Source: an uncultured virus (IMG/VR IMGVR_UViG_3300030518_000008)
Lineage: Duplodnaviria; Heunggongvirae; Uroviricota; Caudoviricetes
Direction: 5' to 3' (one strand)
DNA length: 64,000 nt
Virus record (IMG/VR): IMGVR_UViG_3300030518_000008
Each line of letters opens with the position of its first letter. Within the stretch, counting starts at the first letter, position 1. Positions 28,901 to 38,714 of this stretch are shown piece after piece. Under the pieces are notes generated by a model. It was not told the DNA's origin and made no database searches. It worked only from the letters and a program-made list of their open reading frames with translations. Position numbers and translations under genes: made by a program.

Positions 28901-30117
28901 ACGCTTGCCGTGGCGGCACCTGTGATTCATCGCTTTATCCCGGCGCGGCCTACGCCGATATCGTCGGGTGGGATATCTATTCGGACAACCCCGGCAACGA
29001 TTCACAGGGCGATTACAACACCATGTCGACGTACGGGAAGCCGATGTTGTACGCCGAATTCGGCTCCAACCTTGGCGGCAACACCGGCGGTGGTGATGTG
29101 TCCTTTTTGGAATCCACGCTGATCAGCCAAATCCAGACATACACCCCTAATGTGGTGGGCTGGCAGCAGTGGTGGTCCGGCAACAACCCCCCGGCCGTTG
29201 GGTGGGGCATGGAGCTTCTGACCAACACCACCGATACGAAGACGGCGATCAACAACAGCGTCGTCATCAACCGCGGGCAGATCATCTGCTCGATCTGTGG
29301 CGGCGGTGGCGGCGGCGGATCAACGGTGGTGAGCTGGAACCCCGGCGATACCTCGCCCAGCATCACGCTCTCGAACAACAACCTCACGGCGACCGGAACC
29401 GGATCGGCCATCGGCGGCACGCGGGCCACGCTCTCGCAGAGCACGGGCAAAGTTTGTTACGAAGTCATGGCATCGGTCGTGACCGTTGATGAATCTCTTG
29501 GCCTTGCCAATGCAAGCGAGGTTCTGGCCGGCAGCTTCACCCCAGGGCGCGACAACAACGCCGTCGCATTCTACCCGTCCGGCGGAACGCCGCAGAGTGT
29601 GTTTTTCAACGGCGTCACGCTTCTCAGCGGCACCGTGGCGGCGGCTGCCAATGGCGACTACATCACGCTTTGTGCTGACCTTGGCGCCGATCTCCTGTGG
29701 ATCACCACCCCCGAGACGCGCGCAGCCGGGCGGACGTGGAACAACAGCAGCACCGCCAACCCCGGCACCGGCACTGGCGGGCTGTCCTTCAGCGGCCTCA
29801 CCTGCCCCTGCTTCCCCTATTTCGGCACCCAGGATCTGACCACCACGGTCACGCTCAACGCGGCCGGGCCGTTCGCCATTGCCACGCCATCGGGCTTCGC
29901 CGCATGGCAGCCGCCCACGGCCTGCTCATACCATCCGGCACTGTTCATCCTTGGCGAGAAGGATGACGAGCCATCTGCCGAAGACGATAACTCGTGGTAT
30001 ATTCACAACGTGAGTTTTGGAGGTGATGATGGCGAACCACACGGGCTTGCGGGAAAACTGGGTAAAATTTCTCGCTGGGGGCGAGAATCCCAAGGGAATG
30101 GTTGCTCAGGTTCCTGA
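25933..30117 (+). CDS. Large multidomain protein: alpha/beta hydrolase + GH5-like + GH26-like + SPRY-like
   Basis: IDTTRIYINGFSLGG; NNEP, WNLHYY, PVFIGEYG; ESNGNWFWFG, YPGAAYADIVGWDIY, KPMLYAEFG; C-terminal SPRY-like region; GTGA-coupled start with hydrophobic leader. Confidence 0.8.
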   Translation: MIRRLLALIFIFISFQAVALPPVPAPLTGTVTTQTWTSFDQSFAGITLASGKPFHFNVLPPAQYSGTTYKYPLYIWLHPQAEGNAWYNGSNTNALYATGSGYEAQNYNAVPFLTAYPAFIAVPYADQTTDTSGGAVENWGGWCNSGVTGSGTVYSGDTGPNTFAVLAMINYLETQYSIDTTRIYINGFSLGGIGAEYFMQHYNAYTGDLGRVFAAGASEAGVLQINGCGGSTVTTAQSTQMKTVPVWWFSGTNDTNSLASEWNNPMWTALAGNSSYPSAITSASSNQAGTSAMRYTLCATCGHQDTDSSGNPVWTNTTINSFLFSQASSAGYFSVSSGSVKTPGGATFVGNGVGFGDGQIGAITSASQVTNLFPGTKIVEVYAFSYAAPSTYSAFVNTMTQAGIVVLFGNGQNFFTDGTSAGNVGGGCGDIFTGSILTTESNWYASMAAYYINNPYVWFTTNNEPSFVTGTTSDSCSTQGGTISLPGLATWEQATYNAIRGTGNNTIVMLEEPSGGDPGTVGAYTQTAYQTYGLPMTPSVFSTMKGVVWNLHYYGFASGYSTTQATVNDFLLGSAYDSPSCCSSPTQYQATGILAAQTIPSADGVMPVFIGEYGNSTNGTTIDANGQNVVTAVGTYANGSNAFGSIAWVWNSSYTCCDSLTVNGTSVMSPYGTSVASLIAAPTIGGETITVGTIAQQKSNMSFTVGGTISGVTTIPTLQYSVNGGAWTALPNGSPVTTSSFMFTVPGQATSTANTVAVRDANNTGIATTSNSFAVVTSSSGPSGINSVTNLIKYLNSLAGNHILSGQFTENNGSSPPSPYGYASFPLIQNITGQYPAMLGCDAAQGTTVVNYCESYAIPYWNAGGLLIMNFWPNNPADNGSALWGSDQSVPAGGWGDVVQAGTTANTNFNAELNALAMMLQDYQNAGIILMYRSLIESNGNWFWFGTGSCCGGGGSGITAAQNIAIFQYMHDYLVKTKGLTNLAFIFSPNACRGGTCDSSLYPGAAYADIVGWDIYSDNPGNDSQGDYNTMSTYGKPMLYAEFGSNLGGNTGGGDVSFLESTLISQIQTYTPNVVGWQQWWSGNNPPAVGWGMELLTNTTDTKTAINNSVVINRGQIICSICGGGGGGGSTVVSWNPGDTSPSITLSNNNLTATGTGSAIGGTRATLSQSTGKVCYEVMASVVTVDESLGLANASEVLAGSFTPGRDNNAVAFYPSGGTPQSVFFNGVTLLSGTVAAAANGDYITLCADLGADLLWITTPETRAAGRTWNNSSTANPGTGTGGLSFSGLTCPCFPYFGTQDLTTTVTLNAAGPFAIATPSGFAAWQPPTACSYHPALFILGEKDDEPSAEDDNSWYIHNVSFGGDDGEPHGLAGKLGKISRWGRESQGNGCSGS

Positions 30118-30237
30118 CGAAACCCTGGTGAACTACCAGGGCGGGGAATCGGCGGTCGGCGGGGAGACTGATCCGCGCTCCCTTCAGGCCGAGCAGAGCT
30201 TCATCCAGGTGTCAGCCTATCAGCGCCGGCGGCGCTG

Positions 30238-30576
30238 ATGCCGCTCGCCAATCTTCTGTTTGTGCCGCAATCCAGCGAGGACTGGAGCATCTGGAGTTTC
30301 AGCCACCGTGATCAGCACCAGTTGATCCGCAATGCGATCCAGACGAAGTACGGCACGAACCTGGATTTCTACCCGATCGATCCGATCGACCTGACCGCAT
30401 TTGAAAACTTTCTCAACTACAACCAGCAGGCGCACGACGACATGAACGGCGTTCTCGGCACGCGCGGGAGTGATCTCTTGCAGGTGGATTACAAAAACCG
30501 CTCCGAACTGGAGGCGTGGGTCTATCTGCACTACCAGGAGCACTACACGGCCTCGGCCGCGCTAGGGGTGACATAA
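30238..30576 (+). CDS. His-rich conserved-looking phage protein
   Basis: H..QH repeats; TGATG start. Confidence 0.65.
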   Translation: MPLANLLFVPQSSEDWSIWSFSHRDQHQLIRNAIQTKYGTNLDFYPIDPIDLTAFENFLNYNQQAHDDMNGVLGTRGSDLLQVDYKNRSELEAWVYLHYQEHYTASAALGVT

Positions 30577-30791
30577 TGGACGCATTGGCAGGGGCAACGA
30601 AGGGGATTGCTGCACAGAAAACCCTTGGGGATGAGGCCCGGCGCGTGGCGCAGGAAGTGGAAACCATGATCGGACATATCCGCAGGGTTCCTGGCGTGGA
30701 TATGGGGGCTGTCGATCAGGGCGTCGGCCAGTTGAAGGAGGGGCTGAATCATATTCTGCGCGCCGTATCGAAGGGCAAGCGCGATGAGTGA
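30576..30791 (+). CDS. Hypothetical protein
   Basis: TAATG-coupled MDALAGATK... Confidence 0.55.
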   Translation: MDALAGATKGIAAQKTLGDEARRVAQEVETMIGHIRRVPGVDMGAVDQGVGQLKEGLNHILRAVSKGKRDE

Positions 30792-31242
30792 ATTCACCCT
30801 TCAACGCGAGCGCGTCCAGGACACCATTGATGAAGCCCATCCGCTACTGGAGCGTCATTGGGATGAAATTGCCTGGACGAAGGAGTTGTCTGGCGTCGAT
30901 ATAGACAGAGCGTTCTACAAGCGCCTGGAAGATATGGGTGGCATTGTTTGCGTGACAGCGCGCCGTGAGGGCGCGCTGATCGGTTATGCCGTTTATTTCA
31001 TTCGTCAGCACCCCCACTACCAGGGCGTGAAGTGGGCGGTCAGTGATATTTACTGGATTGCTCCCGAACATCGCGGCCGGTTGCTTGGCGCGCGGCTGTT
31101 CAATGTGATGGAAACAGAGCTTCGGGAAATCGGCGTCCAGGTGATGCACACGACCGGCAAAACGGCGCACCCGGCAGCGCATCGTTTGTTGTTGGCTCTA
31201 GGTCATTCTGATATCGAATGGGGCGTTGGAAAGGTTTTGTAA
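30784..31242 (+). CDS. GNAT acetyltransferase-like protein
   Basis: DIYWIAPEHRGRLLGARLF; placed before the ejection genes. Confidence 0.8.
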   Translation: MSEFTLQRERVQDTIDEAHPLLERHWDEIAWTKELSGVDIDRAFYKRLEDMGGIVCVTARREGALIGYAVYFIRQHPHYQGVKWAVSDIYWIAPEHRGRLLGARLFNVMETELREIGVQVMHTTGKTAHPAAHRLLLALGHSDIEWGVGKVL

Positions 31243-32550
31243 ATGGGTATTACGGCAGCAATTGGCGGCATTGCAGATGCTCTTGGCGGCGCCGCCGTTG
31301 CTGACGTTGGCGCCGATGCTGCCATTGGTGGCCTTGGCAGCGTCATCGGTGGCGCCGCCGCAACGGACGCTCTCGCTGCCGGGGGTCTTGGCAGCGTCAT
31401 CGGTGGCGCCGCCGCAACGGACGCTCTCGCTGCCGGGGGCGCTGATGCGGCGCTGGGCGGCGGTCTTGGCAGCGTCATCGGTGGCGCCGCCGCAACGGAC
31501 GCTCTTGCGGGTGGCGCAGGTGCCGCCTCAGCCAATGCCGGGCTTGCCGGCGCTGTCGGCGCAACAACCGGCCTTGCCGCAGCCCCTGGCGGGGCGGGTG
31601 CTGGCACGCTCGGATCACTGGGCGGAGGCGCGGGCGTCTCGGCTGCTGGCGCAGCCGCGCCAGCCTCCATTGCACCCGGCGCCGGTGATGCCTTGACGCT
31701 GTTCTCGTCCGATGCGCCCGCTGCCGCCGCTGGCGGCTACACCCCCGGTGTCACCGCGACGGATGCGTTCGCACAGGGCGGCGGCGCCGTCACGTCGGGG
31801 CCGCTCGGGAGTGTTGGGGATACGGCGGCGTTTGATGCCGCCGGCACGCCGGGCAGCGGCCTGACAAGCGCCGCGGGCGCCGCAACCAATGGGCTGCCCG
31901 TGCCGCCTGTCCCGCCGGCTGGCGGTGCTGGCGCTGGCAACGTTGACGGCGGGCTGTCGTTTGGCAACTCGACGGTCAACGGCGGCCTCGCCGCCGGCGC
32001 CGGATCACCGTCTAGCGGGGTGGGTTCCGCCCTCGGCGGGGTTGGACACTTCCTGGGCAACAATGCCAACTGGCTTCTGCCGGCTGCCCTGGTTGGCTAT
32101 CAAGGGCTGAAATCCAGCGAGGGCCTGGGCAACATTCCGGGTTACAACCAGCTAAATGCGCAGGCCGGGCAGCTCGCCTCGCAGGGCAGTCAGCTACAAT
32201 CGTATCTACAGACAGGCACCTTGCCGCCCGGCGTTCAGACATCGTTGCAGCAGGCCGGCAGTGCCGCCACGGCCTCGATCAAATCGCAGTACGCGGCGCG
32301 CGGGGATGCGGGAAGTACCGCCGAGGCGCAGGACATCGCAAATGTGCAAAACACGCTCGCCAGCCAGGGCGCGCAGATAGCAACTCAGTTGCTCGATACG
32401 GGCATCTCGGAAAGCAATCTGTCGGCGCAGCTCTATAGTAAAATCATGGGCGCCAATATGCAAAATGATCAGCAGTTGGGGAATGCGCTGACGACGCTGG
32501 CGGCCGGCGCCGCCCGGCCGACTGTAACGGTCAATCAGGCATCCCCGTGA
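31243..32550 (+). CDS. Putative DNA ejection/internal virion protein
   Basis: Gly/Ala-rich N-terminus, Gln-rich C-terminus. Confidence 0.65.
   Translation: MGITAAIGGIADALGGAAVADVGADAAIGGLGSVIGGAAATDALAAGGLGSVIGGAAATDALAAGGADAALGGGLGSVIGGAAATDALAGGAGAASANAGLAGAVGATTGLAAAPGGAGAGTLGSLGGGAGVSAAGAAAPASIAPGAGDALTLFSSDAPAAAAGGYTPGVTATDAFAQGGGAVTSGPLGSVGDTAAFDAAGTPGSGLTSAAGAATNGLPVPPVPPAGGAGAGNVDGGLSFGNSTVNGGLAAGAGSPSSGVGSALGGVGHFLGNNANWLLPAALVGYQGLKSSEGLGNIPGYNQLNAQAGQLASQGSQLQSYLQTGTLPPGVQTSLQQAGSAATASIKSQYAARGDAGSTAEAQDIANVQNTLASQGAQIATQLLDTGISESNLSAQLYSKIMGANMQNDQQLGNALTTLAAGAARPTVTVNQASP
31333..31505 (+). repeat. In-frame 54-bp tandem repeat (2 copies plus a partial third)
   Basis: CTTGGCAGCGTCATCGGTGGCGCCGCCGCAACGGACGCTCT at 31333, 31387 and 31465. 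Confidence 0.9.
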
Positions 32551-34394
32551 GCGCGTCATTCTCAGCCGACCCAAACACCAGCGGAGCCCCGCCGCTCCAG
32601 GAGCAAAAGCCGCCGGAGCAGCCCAAGCCGCGGATGTCGCCGGCCGCGACTGGTGCCACGCGCGGGATGCCGCCGCCGACAGCCGCCCTTTCGGATCGAC
32701 TGGAGCAGGACCGCGCCGAGGCGGAGGCCAGCAAACCAGTGATGCCGGTCATCCAGAAGCCGCCCAAGCAAGAGGCCAACACCGATCCGTTCCAGGCTTT
32801 CGGCCAGCCTGCTATGTGGATCGCCGCACTTGGCAGCCTGTTCACGCGCCGGCCGTTCGTAAATGCGATCCAGGCCATGGGCGGCGTGCTCAAGGCCACA
32901 TCCGACAAGGATGCAGCACTTGCCAAGCAGAAATATGACGAGTGGAAAATCGAGAGCGCTAACGCTCTCAAGCTGTCGCAGTATCAGGAAAAGGTTTACG
33001 ATTCAGCGCTGAAAAAGATGAGCACGGACGCTGCGGCGGGCCGAGCTGAATTGCAGACCAGCGTTCTGGCCTACAAAGACGAGGTGTTGCAGCAGGCATA
33101 CGCGCATGGCGGCATTGATGAGGTGAAGAACCTGCTGTTCGCTCGAAAAAAGCAGACTGCGGCAACGCAGGCCGCTCAGGCGGGCGCGGAGACATTTCTT
33201 CAGGGCCACATCGCTGTCGCCGAGGGGCTTGGGTCAGATGACCCGACAAAGCAGGCCGAGGCCATTGACGTTCTGCGCAAGCAGATGCGGGCAGACTCCG
33301 CCGGCAAGGGGTCTACAGTCGCCACGCGGCAGTCGACAGACCTCAATGACGTGCGTCTCGACAGCGCGAAGCAAGATATTTTGAGCGGCGATCCGGCTCT
33401 AGTAGAGCGCGGTCAGCGGCTGGCCGAAAGCATCCTCCAGCTCGGCGCGGGCGCCTTGAAACCGGCGTCAGCCGCGGCTGGGACGTGGCAGCCGTTCACC
33501 GATCCTGAGACGGGGGCGCAGGGCTATCGTCGTAATGTCAGCGGCAAGCCCGAGTACACCGACCTACAGGGCAACGCGATCGAGGCGCCCAAGGGCATTT
33601 CCAAAATCGGCTCGTCGCAGCCGGCGACGATCTCGCCAGAGGACGCGCATATCCTCGCCCAGTCGGCGGATGCGGGAAACTACCAGCCTCTCGCCGGCCT
33701 GGCGCGCACCCCGGCCAACATCGGTCTGGTGGACAAGGAACTGGGCGAGATTATTCGCGCCCGCGGCGGCAGCGGCGCGGACTTGGCTGACGCGACGATC
33801 AGGTTCCATGCGGCGATGGCCGAGCAGACCAACATTGCTCGCGTCGGATCAAAGCTCGATATCGGCGCGCAAGAGTTGTCCGTGACCATCCCCCAGGCGC
33901 GCGAAGCGTCGCAGAAGGTGGTTCGCTGGGGCTTCTTCGGTGCTGACAAATTGCGCCAGGCCCTTCAAGGGCAGGCCGACGATCCCGATCTGGCGGATTT
34001 CGCACTGGCCAATCAGGCGGTTGCCAACGGCTTTGCCGGCGTTGCAACGCGCTCTGGCGCCTCAACCGAAGGCGCGCGGCAACACGCCTACGATCTGTTG
34101 TCGATCGCCCGAACCGACGCCGTCTATCAGCGCCAGATGGACCGCCTGGAGAAAGAGGCACAGGCGATGCTGACCGGAACCGCGAAAGCGAGGCAGGACA
34201 GTCAGGCGAATTTCCGCGCCGGCCTCAAGCCCGACCTGACCCAGCAGGGGCAGGCGGCGCATGACGTCCCGCTGATCAAGGGCGATTCCCATCCCGTTGT
34301 TCTCACGCCGGGACGTGAGGATGGGGATTATGACGCCCTGCCGTCCGGCACATTGTTCGTTGGTCCGGACGGCATCGTGCGGAAGAAGCCCTAA
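32547..34394 (+). CDS. Putative DNA ejection protein
   Basis: Helical 615 aa; C-terminal YDALPSGTLFVGPDGIVRKKP. Confidence 0.65.
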   Translation: MSASFSADPNTSGAPPLQEQKPPEQPKPRMSPAATGATRGMPPPTAALSDRLEQDRAEAEASKPVMPVIQKPPKQEANTDPFQAFGQPAMWIAALGSLFTRRPFVNAIQAMGGVLKATSDKDAALAKQKYDEWKIESANALKLSQYQEKVYDSALKKMSTDAAAGRAELQTSVLAYKDEVLQQAYAHGGIDEVKNLLFARKKQTAATQAAQAGAETFLQGHIAVAEGLGSDDPTKQAEAIDVLRKQMRADSAGKGSTVATRQSTDLNDVRLDSAKQDILSGDPALVERGQRLAESILQLGAGALKPASAAAGTWQPFTDPETGAQGYRRNVSGKPEYTDLQGNAIEAPKGISKIGSSQPATISPEDAHILAQSADAGNYQPLAGLARTPANIGLVDKELGEIIRARGGSGADLADATIRFHAAMAEQTNIARVGSKLDIGAQELSVTIPQAREASQKVVRWGFFGADKLRQALQGQADDPDLADFALANQAVANGFAGVATRSGASTEGARQHAYDLLSIARTDAVYQRQMDRLEKEAQAMLTGTAKARQDSQANFRAGLKPDLTQQGQAAHDVPLIKGDSHPVVLTPGREDGDYDALPSGTLFVGPDGIVRKKP

Positions 34395-36496
34395 TGGGAT
34401 GGCAGGACGCCCAGGTTGTCGTCTCGCAGCAGGATAATCCCCTGCTCAGGCCCGGTCTCGACCCGAACGGATTGCGCCCGCCCAAGCCCGGCGCGCCACC
34501 GGCGCGCGTGCCGGCATGGATGCAGGCGCCCGTTGCGCAGACGCCAGCCCCAACGCCAATACCAACAACCGTCGTCAGACCGCAGGAGCCCAAGGCCGCG
34601 CCCCCCGTAGCCTCTGACGCCCCCACGATGTCTCCCCTGGATCGGTTCGGCACGGGGCTGAAAGACCCGATAGAGGGCGGGGCGCAACTGCTGACGCACG
34701 TGCTGCCGGATGCCATCGTCAAGCCGGTCAATCAGTTCAACAACTGGCTCGCGGACAAGACCGGGCTGGTTGAAAAACTCCCGCCGGGCGGCATGGATGA
34801 GGAAGCCGAGCAACGCGAGAAGACGATCCAGGCACAGACGCCCAAGGGCATTGACTGGTGGCGGATCGCTGGTGATGTCGCCAGCCCGGCCAACTACGCC
34901 GGCCCGGCAAGCGTTCTGGGGGATGCGAACATGGCCCGTCGCATCGGCTCAGCCGCCATCCAGGGCGCCACAACGGGGATGATGCAGCCGGTTGCGTCGC
35001 AGGGGAGTTTCGCGGAGAAAAAGGCAGAGCAGGCTATCGCGGGCACCGTCACCGGCGGGGCCGTGGGCGCAATCGCCGAGCCCGTGGCGCATCTTGCCCG
35101 GTGGGTGACGGGTGTGCATGGGCAGGATGCCGTCAACGACAAGGCGGTTCAGCAGGTGCTGGCGCGCGTGCAGTCTGACCAGAAGGGCGGCGGCGCCTCA
35201 TTCCAGGACATGCTCGATCTTGCCAACGCCACGCCGGGCAAGCCCATGGCCTTTGCCGACGTGGCCGATGAAAACGCCAAGGGGCTGCTGGGCAAGATCG
35301 CCCGCGCGCCAGGCGATGCCAAAGCACACATCGCAAAATTCTTCCGTGACCGCGACATCGATACCGGCACGCGCGTCAGCACTGACATTAGCAATGAACT
35401 GGGCGGCGGGGCGAGGTATTACGTCGACCAGGCGCTACAGGATGCCCGGTCCAAGGCTGCCAAGCCGCTGTACGAAAAGGCATTCGCCAATCACAAGCCG
35501 CTCGACAGCACCTATTTGGAGGAGCTGCTGGATACCAATCCGCGCATTCAGCAGGGCATGAAAAAGGGCTGGGCCATCGAGCGTGACGAAGCGCAGGGCG
35601 AGGGGCGCCCGCTCGACGCAACGAGCTATGGCATTACCAGCATAGATCCGGATGGCACGATCAATCTCGGCCAGGTGCCCAATCTCAAATTGTGGAATGT
35701 GGTGAAGAAGGGCCTGGATGCGCAGATCGAAGCCGCCAAAGACCCGCTAACTGGGCGGCTGACGCAAGAGGGCGTTGCCATATCCAAGTTAAAGAACGGC
35801 GTTCTGCGGGAGCTTGACCGTCTTAGCCCCGACTACAGGGCCGCACGCGAAGCGTGGGGCGGCCCGACCGTCAGCATGGCCGCCATGCGGCAGGGGCAGA
35901 ATATCTTCAAGATGGAACCGGAGGAAATCGAAGATTCATTTCGGAAGATGACGGGTAACGAGCGGGAGTTTTTCAAGCTCGGCGCGGCGAACACCATGCG
36001 CAAGATGGTGCAGAAAACCGGCGAGAAGGGCGACGAGGTGAGGCAGCTCATGCTGCCGTACGCCAAGCGGCAGATGCGCGCGATGTTCCCCGACGACGCT
36101 TCGTTCGAGCGGTTCTTCGCCTCGCTGAACGCCGAACACAAGATGTGGCAGGCGTGGGCATCCACCTATGCCGGTTCCAATTCCGCTGACAAGCTGGCCG
36201 AAGATATGCGGGCCGACACAACCGCCGCCTCTCACGGTGTCAGGGGCCTCCACGCGGCAACCGAGGGGCGTTGGCTGCCGGCGATCGGGCACGGGCTGCA
36301 AGCCGTTGGCCGCTACCTGAAACCGGAAGATCCGCGCCTGTCCATGGCCAAGGCGAAGCTGTACACGGCCCCGCCGGCTGATACCATTGCCAAGCTCCAG
36401 GCTGCGACCAAGGGCATGCCGACCATTCGCATCTATCCCAATGCGGTGCCCGGCGTGGCCGCCGCGACAACCCCCGATCAGAAAAGCGCCCCGTGA
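34394..36496 (+). CDS. Putative DNA ejection protein
   Basis: 700 aa; AAKPLYEKAF, VKKGLD, PDYRAAREAW. Confidence 0.65.
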   Translation: MGWQDAQVVVSQQDNPLLRPGLDPNGLRPPKPGAPPARVPAWMQAPVAQTPAPTPIPTTVVRPQEPKAAPPVASDAPTMSPLDRFGTGLKDPIEGGAQLLTHVLPDAIVKPVNQFNNWLADKTGLVEKLPPGGMDEEAEQREKTIQAQTPKGIDWWRIAGDVASPANYAGPASVLGDANMARRIGSAAIQGATTGMMQPVASQGSFAEKKAEQAIAGTVTGGAVGAIAEPVAHLARWVTGVHGQDAVNDKAVQQVLARVQSDQKGGGASFQDMLDLANATPGKPMAFADVADENAKGLLGKIARAPGDAKAHIAKFFRDRDIDTGTRVSTDISNELGGGARYYVDQALQDARSKAAKPLYEKAFANHKPLDSTYLEELLDTNPRIQQGMKKGWAIERDEAQGEGRPLDATSYGITSIDPDGTINLGQVPNLKLWNVVKKGLDAQIEAAKDPLTGRLTQEGVAISKLKNGVLRELDRLSPDYRAAREAWGGPTVSMAAMRQGQNIFKMEPEEIEDSFRKMTGNEREFFKLGAANTMRKMVQKTGEKGDEVRQLMLPYAKRQMRAMFPDDASFERFFASLNAEHKMWQAWASTYAGSNSADKLAEDMRADTTAASHGVRGLHAATEGRWLPAIGHGLQAVGRYLKPEDPRLSMAKAKLYTAPPADTIAKLQAATKGMPTIRIYPNAVPGVAAATTPDQKSAP

Positions 36497-36789
36497 AGTC
36501 AAAATCCAGTCCGGAAGAAAGTCTCGCCGGTCATCTCGACACATTCTTTCTGCGGCTGATGGAAGAAGCCTATCCCGCCAGCGCGCCGCCGGAAGACGAC
36601 GCCGCAGGCAGGGTTGGGTTTGTCGACCGGGTGCGGCTGTTTGACAGCGGAGTCCGGTGGGTGGCAACCAAACACCGTGTCAATCCAGAGGAAGAAGAAG
36701 ATGCCTTTGCAGCAGCCCGCCGCCGCGCCATCAGTGGAAAGGGAGGGCGTGGTGCCGCTGGTTCGTCAGCAGCCAACGGCGCCGGCTGA
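36493..36789 (+). CDS. Hypothetical protein
   Basis: GTGA-coupled ORF. Confidence 0.55.
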   Translation: MKSKSSPEESLAGHLDTFFLRLMEEAYPASAPPEDDAAGRVGFVDRVRLFDSGVRWVATKHRVNPEEEEDAFAAARRRAISGKGGRGAAGSSAANGAG

Positions 36790-37072
36790 GTTTGCCGGGT
36801 TCGCCCCCTCTCGCGCGCCAGAGACTGCCACGCCACCGGCCCAGGCCGCCCGTGAACCGATAGCTGACCGAGCCTTTGTCGGCACACTGGCCGCGATCGG
36901 CGCAATACTGGCATCCCGCCTGATCCTGCTGCTGGCCGTCATCGGCGCTTTCGTGCTGGCAATGAAAGCGGACGGAACGCCCGGATGGTGGGTTCTCGTG
37001 GCATACACATGTCTCACGGTGTTGCCCCTCACCGTGCTAGATGTCATTACGCGACAAAGAGGGGGCTTGTAG
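36701..37072 (+). CDS. Membrane protein (two C-terminal TM helices)
   Basis: Hydrophobic LILLLAVIGAFVLAM and WWVLVAYTCLTVLPL; start uncertain. Confidence 0.5.
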   Translation: MPLQQPAAAPSVEREGVVPLVRQQPTAPAEFAGFAPSRAPETATPPAQAAREPIADRAFVGTLAAIGAILASRLILLLAVIGAFVLAMKADGTPGWWVLVAYTCLTVLPLTVLDVITRQRGGL

Positions 37073-37079
37073 TTTTGCC

Positions 37080-38708
37080 ATGAGTGGCACGTCTATCCCG
37101 TACCTGCAAACGTTCTCGCCCGGCCAAGGCGTAATCCCTGCCGCCAGCCTGAACACGTTTATGCAGGGCGGGTGCTATCTCGCCAACCTCCGCACTTTCA
37201 CTGGCCTGCCCAACCAGACCGTGCAGATGATCGGCTTCACCGCACAGTCCGATGGCGGGCAGGGCACATTCGTTTGGTCGACCAACACCGGGACGGACGA
37301 TGGCGGGGTCACGACAATCGTCCCTTACGGCGTGGTGGCTGGCTGCTGGCTGCGGCAGATCCCAGGCTATGTGCTGTCGGGCGGCTCGCTCAGCGGGGTC
37401 ATCAGCTCCGTCACCAACATTGCCTCGCTGCGGGCGCAGACGACAACCACCCTGACCGGAACGGTGGTGTTCGTCGACGGCTACTTCGTCGGAGCGGATG
37501 GCGGCGAGGGCATCTTCTGGAACAATGCAGCCGACACATCATCGGCTGACAACGGCGGCACGATCATTGTGGATGCGTCCTCTCGCCGCTGGTATCGCGA
37601 GGCGTCGGGCGCTCAGAAAAACATCCGCTGGTTCGGCGGCAATCCCTCGGTCGCGGACTGCACCTCAGCCTATGTCGCGGCCCTGGCATCGCTCACCACA
37701 AATGGCGGGGTTATTTTCTTCCCCAAGGGCGTTTACACCTTCCTTTCTTCTCCGTCCTATACTTACCCTGCAACGACACCATTCAGCGTTGCTATAAATG
37801 GCGAAAGTCAGGACGTAACGACACTCAGCTTCCCGTCAGGAAGCGGGTTGTCATTTTCCGCCAGCAGCCCCTTGCATACCGTGCATTTGCGCAACTTCAC
37901 CTGCTCGACCAGCGCGGCCGGCGGCAGCACTGTCGGGATTTCCCTCACCAACAGCGTGCAGGGCGGTGACTTTGGCCAGAACGACGTTATCAACGTGACT
38001 TTCCGCGGCGCCGATGGCGGCGCGCTCACTGACTACTGGAACACATCGCTTTCGGTGACCGGGTGGGGCAATTTCACCCATACGTCCTGTGTTTTTTACG
38101 GCCCGACCGCAGGGCTGTCTGGCATCGGCGTGTCGCTACAGGGTGTCGCTTCGGGCGGCTTCAAATACAGCCTGATCCACAATTTCAATTCCTGCTCATG
38201 GTTCAATCTGGCGGAGGGCCTGATTTATGGAACCTACGTCCAGGGCGTCACGGTCTCTCAGTGTAATTTCACCAACGGCACGACGGACATCCTCATCCCG
38301 ACCGGCGCTGTCGGTTGCGTGCAGCTCACCATTACCGGCAGCCAGTTTGCCGGGTCTGGAGAGCGCATCATCCTGAACGGGGCGCTGGCCAGTCTGTTAA
38401 TGAGCAGCAACCTGATTTTCGTGGCGGCAAACCAGATCGGTCTGGCGCTGAACGCGATCTATGGCCAAGTGTCCATCATCGGAAACAACTTTTCCGGCAT
38501 GTCGGTCTCCGGCAGCTTCGGCATCAACGTCAATGCGACCGGGTATACGTGCGTGGTTACCGGCAATGTGTTTTACGGGCTGGGCAACGGCATCAACCTG
38601 CTCGGCGCCAGCACGGGCGGCTGGATCGTGGCGCTGAACAATTATTCCGGTAGCACCAACACCGTGCTCAACGTCGGCTCGAACACTGTCGGCACAATTA
38701 CGCAGTAG
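37080..38708 (+). CDS. Tailspike with beta-helix (pectate-lyase-like) domain
   Basis: Two N-terminal DGGxGxF...DxGxTxI modules, NIRWFGG, GGVIFFPKGVY, repeated xxGNxF strands. Confidence 0.85.
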   Translation: MSGTSIPYLQTFSPGQGVIPAASLNTFMQGGCYLANLRTFTGLPNQTVQMIGFTAQSDGGQGTFVWSTNTGTDDGGVTTIVPYGVVAGCWLRQIPGYVLSGGSLSGVISSVTNIASLRAQTTTTLTGTVVFVDGYFVGADGGEGIFWNNAADTSSADNGGTIIVDASSRRWYREASGAQKNIRWFGGNPSVADCTSAYVAALASLTTNGGVIFFPKGVYTFLSSPSYTYPATTPFSVAINGESQDVTTLSFPSGSGLSFSASSPLHTVHLRNFTCSTSAAGGSTVGISLTNSVQGGDFGQNDVINVTFRGADGGALTDYWNTSLSVTGWGNFTHTSCVFYGPTAGLSGIGVSLQGVASGGFKYSLIHNFNSCSWFNLAEGLIYGTYVQGVTVSQCNFTNGTTDILIPTGAVGCVQLTITGSQFAGSGERIILNGALASLLMSSNLIFVAANQIGLALNAIYGQVSIIGNNFSGMSVSGSFGINVNATGYTCVVTGNVFYGLGNGINLLGASTGGWIVALNNYSGSTNTVLNVGSNTVGTITQ

Positions 38709-38714
38709 GATCGC

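Noticed and set aside
31333..31505. 54-bp repeats as a CRISPR-like array
   Set aside because: In-frame coding repeats in a Gly/Ala-rich virion protein
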